Below, in pieces: positions 18,076 to 26,518 of a DNA stretch of 32,000 nt (position 1 is the first letter of the stretch; each line of letters begins with the position of its first letter). The notes beneath the pieces were generated by a model. It was not told the origin of the DNA and searched no databases. It was given only the letters and a program-made list of their open reading frames with translations. This DNA is from an archaeon. GTDB taxonomy: Archaea > Iainarchaeota > Iainarchaeia > Iainarchaeales > CSSED10-239. The stretch lies in contig DAOOUC010000003.1 of assembly GCA_035390665.1 (NCBI GenBank), positions 60,001-92,000 on the forward strand. Reading direction: 5' to 3'. The position numbers were made by a program, and so were the translations under genes.

Positions 18076-18087
18076 AAAACCACTTTT

Positions 18088-19551
18088 CTAATAACTTTTT
18101 GCAGCATAAACATATTCTCTTGCTTTATTACCACAGATTATACATTGTTCATCATGCTCTGGAGTTTCTTCAATATCCATTCTTGTTCCTCTAATCTCTG
18201 CACCATCTGTTTCTGCCTTTAAGTGATCGAAGCATTCTTTTCCATCTGGATCTATTGAACAGAAAGGAATTCTTACAAGTTTTCCTTTTGCTATTGCTTC
18301 TAATAATTCTTCTTTTGTGCTTGCTATCGCTAATTTTTGTTCAAAATCATCATCTGCTTGACTTCTTAGATTATCTGTAAACTCATTTGCAATCTTTGCG
18401 ATTTCATCAAAAAGTTCTGTAAACAAAACTGTTTGTTTAGTATTTAGGTCTCTTCTAAACAAAGTAACTTGAGAATTTTCCATATCTTTTGGACCTACCT
18501 CTATCCTTAATGGCACTCCTTTCATCTCATAGAACGAAAACCTTTCTTTTGGTTTCTTTTCTCTATTGTCATCAATCTTTACTCTATAACCAAGTTTATC
18601 TAAATCGCTTGCAAAATCAACACAAAGTTTTTCTAGAAGTTCTATATCTTGTCCTGAGAAATACAAAGGAACTATGATTATCTGTATTGGAGAAACTTCA
18701 AAAGGTAATCTTAAACCGTTCTTGTCTCCGTGAACTCCAATTAATCCACCATATATTCTTGTAATTCCTGGACCATAACAAGTACCGTATGGTATTTTTG
18801 TTTCTTCGTCTTTATCTCTAAACCTTACATTAAATGTTTTTGTAAACTTTTGACCTAAAAGATGAGTTGTTGCAAGTTGACATGCTTTTCCATTTGGCAT
18901 CATTGTGTCTGCTGCAAAAGTGTCTTCTGCCCCTGCAAATTTATCCCATTGTGGGCGTTTAAAGAAAATAAATGGTATTCCTAGTTCTAAATGAAGCATC
19001 TCTTCTGTTATGTGCATATCTTGAATAACTTGAGCATAGGAATCATCATAATTCTCAAAAATATTATGTGTTTCAAACCAATAAAATTCTCTGCCTCTAA
19101 AGAAAGGTTTTGTTTGCTTTGTATCATATCTAAAAACATTTGCTCTTTGATAGGTTTTAATTGGTAAGTCTCTGTAACTTTCTAACCAATATGCAAACAT
19201 GTAATAAAATGCAGTTTCACTTGTTGGACGTAATGCATATCTTTGGTCAAATTTTTCATTGCCGTGTTCTGTTACCCAAAAAACCTCTGGAGAAAAACCT
19301 TCAACATGTTCTGATTCTTTGAAAAAATTTTCTTCAGGTATTAATAATGGCATCATTACTTGTTGATGACCTGTATCATCAAAAGCATCTTCAAAAATTC
19401 TAAATATCTTGTTAAGAGTAAAAGTTGACCATGGTCTATAAACAACTACTCCTTTGATATTATATCTTAGATCAGCTAGTTCTGCTTTTTGAGTGATATC
19501 TGTCAACCATTCATTAAAATCTTCAATTTCATATTCTTTGTTTGATACCAT
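18088..19551 (-). CDS. proS: prolyl-tRNA synthetase, archaeal/eukaryotic type
   Basis: 487-aa ORF. It has the class II core (FRGREFYWFETH, ALRPTSET), an anticodon-binding domain, and a C-terminal Cys-containing domain ending ...YVYAAKSY typical of archaeal-type ProRS. Confidence 0.9.
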   Translation of the reverse strand: MVSNKEYEIEDFNEWLTDITQKAELADLRYNIKGVVVYRPWSTFTLNKIFRIFEDAFDDTGHQQVMMPLLIPEENFFKESEHVEGFSPEVFWVTEHGNEKFDQRYALRPTSETAFYYMFAYWLESYRDLPIKTYQRANVFRYDTKQTKPFFRGREFYWFETHNIFENYDDSYAQVIQDMHITEEMLHLELGIPFIFFKRPQWDKFAGAEDTFAADTMMPNGKACQLATTHLLGQKFTKTFNVRFRDKDEETKIPYGTCYGPGITRIYGGLIGVHGDKNGLRLPFEVSPIQIIIVPLYFSGQDIELLEKLCVDFASDLDKLGYRVKIDDNREKKPKERFSFYEMKGVPLRIEVGPKDMENSQVTLFRRDLNTKQTVLFTELFDEIAKIANEFTDNLRSQADDDFEQKLAIASTKEELLEAIAKGKLVRIPFCSIDPDGKECFDHLKAETDGAEIRGTRMDIEETPEHDEQCIICGNKAREYVYAAKSY

Positions 19552-19611
19552 ATTTATTCACATTTATAACTAATATATATTATATAACAAATATTAAAAA
19601 ACAAAACTGTT

Positions 19612-20247
19612 TTAGAAAGGAACCTTATTTTCTAGAACTCTTTGAATTATTTCATCATATTCGTGCATTATTTTTCTGGTTTTTATACTTCCAGATAAAG
19701 ACTTTCTTAATTGCACAATATTGTTTGTTAGTTTTATAAGTAATTCTGCTTTTTGATAATATTCTATGTTCTTTGTTTTAAGATATTGACTTATCTTGTT
19801 TATATTATCAATAATTTTTTTTTGAGGCCCGTTAAGTACTGGCTTTCTTGAAAATAACAAAAGAGCATTTGAAAAATCATTTGCTAATAAAGAAGTATTA
19901 TCAATTAAATCTTTATTTTCAACAAGTATTTTTAATCCTAACTTCAAACTTTTTATTTCAGATTTTATAGATAGGGCTCTTCTATTTTGATATTCATTTC
20001 TTGGATCAAAATTTCTTGGAATACATTTTTCTAAATCAGAAATCTTTGTATAAATTCTTTCTAAAGCCAACCCTATTTTTTGTCTAGCATCTTGGTTTTT
20101 TCTATCAATTTGTGCTCTTCTAATTTCTAAAACTTTTGATTCTTTTTTCTTCTGTTTCTCTATTCTGTCCCAAATCTCTAGTTGTTTAGAATTAGTTCTT
20201 CTTTTTGGGTTTGGATTCTTTGGAATTTTTGAAATGAGAATCACCAT
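19612..20247 (-). CDS. hypothetical helical, charged protein
   Basis: 211-aa ORF with ATG at 20247, 11 nt after the tRNA-Pro 3' end. It has a K/R/Q/E-rich N-terminal half. I recognise no family. Confidence 0.6.
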   Translation of the reverse strand: MVILISKIPKNPNPKRRTNSKQLEIWDRIEKQKKKESKVLEIRRAQIDRKNQDARQKIGLALERIYTKISDLEKCIPRNFDPRNEYQNRRALSIKSEIKSLKLGLKILVENKDLIDNTSLLANDFSNALLLFSRKPVLNGPQKKIIDNINKISQYLKTKNIEYYQKAELLIKLTNNIVQLRKSLSGSIKTRKIMHEYDEIIQRVLENKVPF

Positions 20248-20258
20248 TTTTTAAAAAG

Positions 20259-20332
20259 TGAGGCTGCCCCGATTTGAACGGGGGTCGAAAGCTCCCAAAG
20301 CTCTCATGATAACCAAGCTACACTACAGCCCC
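20259..20332 (-). tRNA. tRNA-Pro (TGG)
   Basis: 74-nt cloverleaf. Acceptor GGGGCTG/CAGCCTC, anticodon stem AGAGC/GCTTT with loop TTTGGGA, T-arm CCCCG-TTCAAAT-CGGGG, discriminator A. No CCA. Confidence 0.85.
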
Positions 20333-20435
20333 TTTAAAATAGATTAAATAATATATAATATATTATAGATAATATTTAAAAAGAAAACTATTTAATTATT
20401 TACTAAAATTTGTGTCTTGTAATTATATTTATTAT

Positions 20436-21217
20436 TTAATTAAATAAATCTCCTTCACAATTAGAATATAAAAAACTATCTTTGGTTGTATCTATCTCAA
20501 TAATTCCTTCTTTTGTTTTTTCAAAATCAGAAAAAAACATAGCGACTTGTTCTTCATTAAAATAACAGGTAGATTCTGCACCTAAAAGAAATGAATATGA
20601 ATCATTTATCTTTTTTAATTTTTCATTTATTTCTTCATCACTTGGATAATTATATTCCGATTCATCATATGAATTAAAATAAATTAGAACTTTCTTATAA
20701 TCTTCTTCCGGGGTTTTAGAAAAATACATTTTTGTTTGGGTTATACGTACTTGACACCCTTCTTCTGTTAATCCTATTATTGAATATGATTGAATTGAAT
20801 TTCCTGTCAGTATTGGGTCAAATATAAATGGAGTCTCAGTTTCTATCTGAAAATTATTGGGCACACAATTTTTTAAAGATTCTAAATAATTTTTCATCTG
20901 CAAAAGATAATTGTCGTTTAATAGCGGATTTTTATTTTCTAAATCTTGATTTTTAATTTCTGAATTATTTGTTGTGGAACCATTAGTCTCAGAAATATTT
21001 TCTAAATCTTGATTTACAATTCTATTTTTATTTTCTGTTTCTTCTAATTGGTCATCAGAAAATTCATCAAAATCTGTAATTTCATAATTATTTTCTCGTG
21101 AAGGATTAACCCATTTATTAATATTGTAAAAACCAAAAAATACTAATCCTGCGATAATTAAATAAAGAAAGAAAGTACTAAATTTGGTTTATTATTATAA
21201 TTTCTTGATTCTGACAT
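20436..21217 (-). pseudogene. membrane-anchored hypothetical protein interrupted by an apparent -1 frameshift (or an assembly indel)
   Basis: ATG at 21217 gives MSESRNYNNKPNLVLSFFI, with a stop at 21158-21160. The frame of the 155-aa track ORF stays open upstream to 21188 and encodes a TM helix (YLIIAGLVFFGFY) plus an acidic linker with an NQDLEN repeat, but it has no start codon. The two frames overlap in the run CTTTCTTTCTTTATTT. Confidence 0.5.
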
Positions 21218-21250
21218 AATTACTCATTTAATTTAATAATAATAAACTAT

Positions 21251-22342
21251 TTAATTATATTCTTTACTCCACTCATTCCACTTTGTTTTAAAGTAATCAT
21301 AGTATTGCATAGATAAATTCTTGTCTTTAATAATTAAAAGAGACTCATCGTTATTGTTAATGCCATTTAATGAAAAATTCATAGAGCCTGTGATTAAAGT
21401 TTCTTCATCAATTACACAAAATTTATTGTGTAGTAGATTTGGCTGATTGTCTAAAATCACATCTATTCCATTCGCCTTTAATTTTTGATATTCTGAATAT
21501 TGAGTTATTTGCTGATTTTCTAAAATTAATCTTATTTCTATTCCATTCTCTTTAGCTTTAATTAATTCTTCTGCTAAATTATCTAAAGTAAAACTATACA
21601 TCATACAAACTATGCTTTTTTTTGCTTCCTTTACTTTGTCAAGAACAGATGATTCACAAAATTGATTTGGACAAAAATATATTGAGAAATCAGAAGAAAT
21701 ATCTTGCCCTAGAACTGTTGACTCTTTTGAAAATTTTCCAAGATAGAAAGAATTTATTTTTTCGGTTAAGGTGTTTGCTAGTTTTGGATTATCAAAAACC
21801 ATGATGTTATTGTAACTTTCAGAAAAACTGTTTTCGGTAAAATTTGTTGAACCAATCAACACCACAGAATCATCAAAAACACAAAATTTGTTATGCATAT
21901 AGCTTGATTCTGATGTAGAAATTAAAACATTAATTCCATAAGATTTAAGATTTCCGACTTGTGATGTTTTTGTTGAACTTCTGCCATTATCTGTTACTAT
22001 TCTTATTTTATTTCCTTTTTCTTTTTCTGAAATTAAAGAATCTGCTATTTCTTTTGAAGTAATATCATAAACAGCACAATCAATTGAATTATTTGAATCA
22101 ATTATTAAAGAAATAATTTTTTCATTACAATTATCTTCTGGACAAAAATAGATTGTTGAGTTTAAATCATTTGGCCATAATTCTTCGCTCGTTTGTCCAA
22201 GATTTAGCGAGTTTGAGCCGGTTTCGCTCGGTTCGCGCGCAGTGGTTGATTCATTTCGGAAATCTAAAAAAACAATAATCAAGAAAACAAAAATAATTAG
22301 AAAAATCAAAATTAAAAGGAAATAAAATTGTTTTTTTGTCAT
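21251..22342 (-). CDS. secreted or membrane-anchored PLD-superfamily protein with two HKD motifs (tandem Nuc-like halves)
   Basis: 363-aa ORF with an N-terminal TM/signal anchor (FYFLLILIFLIIFVFLIIVFL). It has two complete HxK-x4-D-x6-GSxN motifs: H150NKFCVFDDSVVLIGSTN and H305NKFCVIDEETLITGSMN. Each half begins with YFCP. Confidence 0.85.
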   Translation of the reverse strand: MTKKQFYFLLILIFLIIFVFLIIVFLDFRNESTTAREPSETGSNSLNLGQTSEELWPNDLNSTIYFCPEDNCNEKIISLIIDSNNSIDCAVYDITSKEIADSLISEKEKGNKIRIVTDNGRSSTKTSQVGNLKSYGINVLISTSESSYMHNKFCVFDDSVVLIGSTNFTENSFSESYNNIMVFDNPKLANTLTEKINSFYLGKFSKESTVLGQDISSDFSIYFCPNQFCESSVLDKVKEAKKSIVCMMYSFTLDNLAEELIKAKENGIEIRLILENQQITQYSEYQKLKANGIDVILDNQPNLLHNKFCVIDEETLITGSMNFSLNGINNNDESLLIIKDKNLSMQYYDYFKTKWNEWSKEYN

Positions 22343-22344
22343 GA

Positions 22345-24096
22345 TTATTCTAGAATCGCTTTTATTCTTCTAATTCCTGCTGCAACTGATTCTTCTTTTG
22401 TTATCTTAAAGTGCCCCATCTCTCTGGTATTTTCAACATGAGGACCCATACAAATTTCTTTGCTATAATTGCCAACAGAGTAGACAAAAACAACTTCTGG
22501 ATATTTTGTTCCAAACTCTGCTTGTGCTCCACTTTCTTTTGCCTTTTCAAAAGGCATTGATTCTTTTGTTACTGGAAGACTTTGAGATATTATTTTGTTT
22601 ACTTCTGTTTCTAAAGCATTGATTTCTTCCTCAGTTAGCTTTCTATCAAAATTAAAATCAAATCTTAGTCTCTCTGAAGTTATATTACTGCCTTTTTGTT
22701 TTATGTCTTTACTTATTATGTTTCTTAATGCTTGATTTAAGATGTGCGTTGCTGTATGGTATCTTTTTGTGATATCTGTGTGCTCTGCAAGACCACCTTT
22801 AAATTTTTGTTCTGCACCAACACGAGAAAGTTCTTGATGTTTTCTTTCTTCGTCTTTAAATCCGCTCATATCTACTACTATTTGCTTTTCTTTTGCAATT
22901 TCAGATATCATTTCTATTGGAAAGCCATATGATTGATAAAGAAGGAATGCGTCTTTTCCTGAAATTTCTTTTGATTTTTCTGCAAATTTATTAAATTCTT
23001 TTAAACCATTAATCAATGCTGTTGAGAATTTATTTTCTTCTTTTTCTAATTCTGTTAATATGAAATTTCTTTTTGTTTCAAGATTTGGATATTCGTCTTT
23101 GTAAAGTTCTATTATTTTTTTTGCAACACTTGAACAAAAATTTTCTTCAATTCCTATTTGTTTACCAAATTTTATTGATCTTCTTATAAATCTTCTTAGG
23201 ATATATCCTTGGTCAGTGTTACTTGGAATAACACCTTTTGGATCTCCAAGAATAAAGGTTGAAACTCTTAAGTGATCGGTTATAATCTTTATTGCTTTAA
23301 CGTTTTTCTTGTCTTTTGCAAGTCCTTCTACAAAATCATAAATGTTTTTTATTTTCCCAACTTTAAAAGCATCATCTAAACCATTTAATATCATTGTAAC
23401 TCTTTCTGTCCCTAGACCAGTATCAATATTTTTTTGCTTTAATGGCTCATATTTCCCTTCTTTTGTTTTATTATATTCCATTAAAACATTATTCCATATT
23501 TCTACCCAGGTATCATCCTCTGGATCAAATATTTTTGGAGCAGGCCTAGAGTTATCTTTCCAATAGAATATTTCTGTGTCTGGTCCACAAGGTCCAGAAG
23601 TTCCTGCTGGTCCCCACCAGTTGTCTTCAATTGCTGCTATTCTTTCAATTGGTAAACCTTGCTCTAACCAACAATTGATTGCTTCTTGATCTTTTGGAAT
23701 ATCTTTATTACCAGAAAAAACTGTTGCAGCAATTCTATTTTTATCTAGGCCCAACCATTGTTTACTTGTAAGAAATTCATAAGAATAAGCAATTGATTCT
23801 TTTTTGAAATAATCGCCAAGAGACCAATTTCCAAGCATTTCAAACATTGAAAAATGTGTAGCATCTCCAACTTCATCAATATCTGTTGTTCTAATACATA
23901 ATTGATAATCAACAAGTCTTTTACCAAGAGGATGAGGTTGACCTAAAAGGAAAGGAACTAACGGATGCATTCCTGCTGTTGTAAAAAGAACAGTATTATC
24001 ATTCTCTGGTATTAAAGATGCTTGCTCTATAACGGCATGTCCTTTACTTTTAAAGAAATCTAAGTATTTTTTCTTAAGTTCAATTGTTGTTATCAT
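22345..24096 (-). CDS. alaS: alanyl-tRNA synthetase, short form (catalytic plus editing domains, no C-Ala domain)
   Basis: 583-aa ORF. Catalytic motifs FTTAGM, FEMLGNWSLGDYFK, GPCGPDTEIFY, WNNVLMEYN and IDTGLGTERV. Editing-domain motifs HTATHIL and CMGPHV. It ends at AAGIRRIKAILE. Confidence 0.9.
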   Translation of the reverse strand: MITTIELKKKYLDFFKSKGHAVIEQASLIPENDNTVLFTTAGMHPLVPFLLGQPHPLGKRLVDYQLCIRTTDIDEVGDATHFSMFEMLGNWSLGDYFKKESIAYSYEFLTSKQWLGLDKNRIAATVFSGNKDIPKDQEAINCWLEQGLPIERIAAIEDNWWGPAGTSGPCGPDTEIFYWKDNSRPAPKIFDPEDDTWVEIWNNVLMEYNKTKEGKYEPLKQKNIDTGLGTERVTMILNGLDDAFKVGKIKNIYDFVEGLAKDKKNVKAIKIITDHLRVSTFILGDPKGVIPSNTDQGYILRRFIRRSIKFGKQIGIEENFCSSVAKKIIELYKDEYPNLETKRNFILTELEKEENKFSTALINGLKEFNKFAEKSKEISGKDAFLLYQSYGFPIEMISEIAKEKQIVVDMSGFKDEERKHQELSRVGAEQKFKGGLAEHTDITKRYHTATHILNQALRNIISKDIKQKGSNITSERLRFDFNFDRKLTEEEINALETEVNKIISQSLPVTKESMPFEKAKESGAQAEFGTKYPEVVFVYSVGNYSKEICMGPHVENTREMGHFKITKEESVAAGIRRIKAILE

Positions 24097-24165
24097 GTTT
24101 TTCTCTCTTTAATATTATATTTGAGTGTAGAAATAATTTAAAATAGTAATCTTGACTACATTTCC

Positions 24166-25110
24166 TTACTTTGTGGTCACCTTTAGCTTTTTCTTTAATG
24201 ATTTGTATTCTTTTACTAAAAGTTCTATTGTTGGTCTAATATTTTGAGCGTTTTCATATTCTTGAAGTGCTTTGTAATATTCTTGTCTTTTCTCAAAAGT
24301 AATATCCACTGGTGGCAGTTTATTTTTTATTAGAATATTGTTTAAAAGGATTCTTCCAACTCTTCCATTACCATCTTGAAAAGGATGAATATTTTCAAAT
24401 TGATTATGAATAACAGTTGCAAGAAGAACTGGTGGATATTTATTTTTATATTTATTATACCAAACAACTAATTCTTCTAAAAGCTCAATTATTTTTTCTG
24501 AAGGTGCACCTCTATGTACGATAACTCCTAATCCATTACTTACAACTACTTCAACCCCTCTAGGCCTTGTTAAACCCGCAAAAGGTTTAGAATTTTTAAA
24601 AACAATTCTGTGTATTTCTTTAATTAGTTCTACAGAAATGTGTTCTTTTGTTTTTCTTATGTAATCAATTGCTTCTTTAACACCTTGAGCTTCTGAAATA
24701 TCTTCTTTGCTTTTTTCTTTTGGCCATTTATTATTTTCAAGAATATCTTTTACTTCTTTTTTATCTAATTCTGAGCCTTCAATTGCATTAGTATTATATG
24801 TAAAATTTTCTGTAAATTGCAACCATTGTTCTTCAGATAAATGAAATATATTTATTTCGTTTTGAAGTTCTTTAATCTTTTCTATTTCTTCTTCTGATAA
24901 TATATTCTTTAAAGGATCTTTTATTTTTCTTAAAGTTGCTATCTTATATTCTATCTTTTCTTTTGCAGGTTCTTTTAGTGATTGTATTTTTGCTTTATTT
25001 AGATTATAACCAAGATATTCTCTAAACTTCTTTACTTTTGTTCCTTCTCTGTACGATTGAACAAGGTAATATTTCTTTCCAGAATCTGTTTTTCTTTCTT
25101 CTATAAACAT
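24166..25110 (-). CDS. Fic-domain protein (class II, with an intramolecular inhibitory motif)
   Basis: 314-aa ORF. The Fic motif HPFQDGNGRVGR is at nt 24352-24387. The inhibitory (S/T)xxxE(G/N) motif TNAIEG is at nt 24775-24792, N-terminal to the Fic core. Confidence 0.9.
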   Translation of the reverse strand: MFIEERKTDSGKKYYLVQSYREGTKVKKFREYLGYNLNKAKIQSLKEPAKEKIEYKIATLRKIKDPLKNILSEEEIEKIKELQNEINIFHLSEEQWLQFTENFTYNTNAIEGSELDKKEVKDILENNKWPKEKSKEDISEAQGVKEAIDYIRKTKEHISVELIKEIHRIVFKNSKPFAGLTRPRGVEVVVSNGLGVIVHRGAPSEKIIELLEELVVWYNKYKNKYPPVLLATVIHNQFENIHPFQDGNGRVGRILLNNILIKNKLPPVDITFEKRQEYYKALQEYENAQNIRPTIELLVKEYKSLKKKLKVTTK

Positions 25111-25124
25111 ATATATAACTAGGG

Positions 25125-25163
25125 TGGCTACATTTTATAAATATATTGTTTTATTTGGCTACA
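25125..25163. repeat. 8-nt direct repeat TGGCTACA, two copies flanking an A/T box upstream of the Fic gene
   Basis: TGGCTACA occurs at 25125-25132 and 25156-25163, 31 nt apart, bracketing TTTTATAAATATAT. The region lies in the 67-nt gap between the hisS stop and the Fic start. Any regulatory role is inference only. Confidence 0.3.
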
Positions 25164-25177
25164 ATTTAACGAGAAGT

Positions 25178-26470
25178 TTAAAGTTTAACTTTGTCAATAT
25201 CTACTAGTTCTTCAATTCCAGTCTTTAGATTTCTTATCTTTATCTTGTTTTGTTTTATCTCGTCTTCTCCAAGAAAACCAACATAAGGAATTCCAAGCTT
25301 GTCTGCATACTCTATATTCTTAGATACGGCTCTGTCTAAAAGATCAACTTGCACCTTTAGGCCCCTTTTTCTAAGCTCTTGTGTTACTTTAATTGCTTCG
25401 TTCTTTGTTTTTATTGGAATGACAAGTAAGTCAGTAACTGTTTGCCTTATTGTTCCATCTCTTTTAAGAATAATGTCCATAATTGGCTCTATTCCAAAAG
25501 AAAGGCCTGTTGCTGGAAAGTTTTGATTCTCATTACCAATGTATTTTCCAATCATCTTATCCCATCGTCCACCACCAGCAATGGAGCCACCCATTATTGT
25601 TTGGTCTTTTAAGAAAACTTCATATATTGGGCCAGTGTAGTAACCAAGACCTCTTGCTAGGCTTGGGGAGAATTCAACTTCCACAGAAAAATCTTTTAGA
25701 TAATTAAGAAGTTCTTCAATCTCTTTTAGGCCTTCTGTTTCTCCTAAGATTTTCTTTAAAGATTTTAGTTTATCTGCATTTGTTCCTTTTTCAATCTCTG
25801 TTAGAAGAGATAAAAGTTTGTCTGTATTTTCTTTAGGTATTTGTTTTTCAAGAAGTTCTTCTTTAACTCCAATAATACCAATTTTCTTTAGTTTGTCTAT
25901 AGAAATGATTACTGGTGTTGCTTTTGCTTCTTCAATTCCTGAGTATCTTATAATTTCAGTTAAAAGTTTTCTATCGTTTATTTCAATTATGACATCAAGA
26001 TTTAGTTTCTTAAAAACATCTCTAACAACTGCTAGATTTTCTGCATCTGCTAAAACTGATGGCACTCCAACAACATCTATATCACATTGATAAAATTCTC
26101 TATATCTTCCTGCTTTGATTGGCCCGTCTCTAAAAACAGTTCCAATTTGATATCTTTTGAAAGGAAGTTTAAGTTGTGGGTTTTGTCCAACAAATCGTGC
26201 AAGAGCAAAAGTAAATTCATAACGTAAACCGAGATCTCTGTTACCTTGATCTTTAAATCTATATATTTCAGATATTGCATCAGAGTTTTCTCCGGCCCCA
26301 AACTTTGCTTCAAGTATCTCTAGCTTTTCAAAGGTTGGTGTTTCTAAAGGAGAATAACCATAGATTTCAAATATTTCTTTAATATCTGAGATAACTTTAT
26401 CTCTAATAATTTTTTCACTTGGAGGAAAATCTCTTGTTCCTCTTGCTGGTTCAAGTATAAGTTTTGCCAT
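25178..26470 (-). CDS. hisS: histidyl-tRNA synthetase
   Basis: 430-aa ORF. Class IIa HisRS motifs: GTRDFPP, LRYEFTFALARF, KRYQIGTVFRDGPIKAGRYREFYQCDID and GGGRWD. A C-terminal anticodon-binding domain is present. Confidence 0.9.
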   Translation of the reverse strand: MAKLILEPARGTRDFPPSEKIIRDKVISDIKEIFEIYGYSPLETPTFEKLEILEAKFGAGENSDAISEIYRFKDQGNRDLGLRYEFTFALARFVGQNPQLKLPFKRYQIGTVFRDGPIKAGRYREFYQCDIDVVGVPSVLADAENLAVVRDVFKKLNLDVIIEINDRKLLTEIIRYSGIEEAKATPVIISIDKLKKIGIIGVKEELLEKQIPKENTDKLLSLLTEIEKGTNADKLKSLKKILGETEGLKEIEELLNYLKDFSVEVEFSPSLARGLGYYTGPIYEVFLKDQTIMGGSIAGGGRWDKMIGKYIGNENQNFPATGLSFGIEPIMDIILKRDGTIRQTVTDLLVIPIKTKNEAIKVTQELRKRGLKVQVDLLDRAVSKNIEYADKLGIPYVGFLGEDEIKQNKIKIRNLKTGIEELVDIDKVKL

Positions 26471-26518
26471 AATTTTTCACTTTTTACATATTATTTAACT
26501 ATAGAAATATATTTAAAA

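Noticed and set aside
19542-19739. A 65-aa plus-strand ORF bridging the proS start and the end of the 211-aa ORF.
   Set aside because: It is antisense to two minus-strand genes and their intergenic region, with no motif support.
22200-22262. A GC-rich island (GAGTTTGAGCCGGTTTCGCTCGGTTCGCGCGCAGTGG) inside the PLD-like gene that might be a structured RNA or an inserted element.
   Set aside because: Only a weak 4-bp stem (GAGC/GCTC) can be drawn. The stretch is in frame and encodes a plausible linker (TAREPSETGSNS) after the membrane anchor. There are no flanking repeats.
23745-23927. A 60-aa same-strand out-of-frame ORF inside alaS, and likewise 26077-26313 inside hisS.
   Set aside because: Both are embedded in well-supported synthetase reading frames and have no independent features. 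They are most likely chance open frames.
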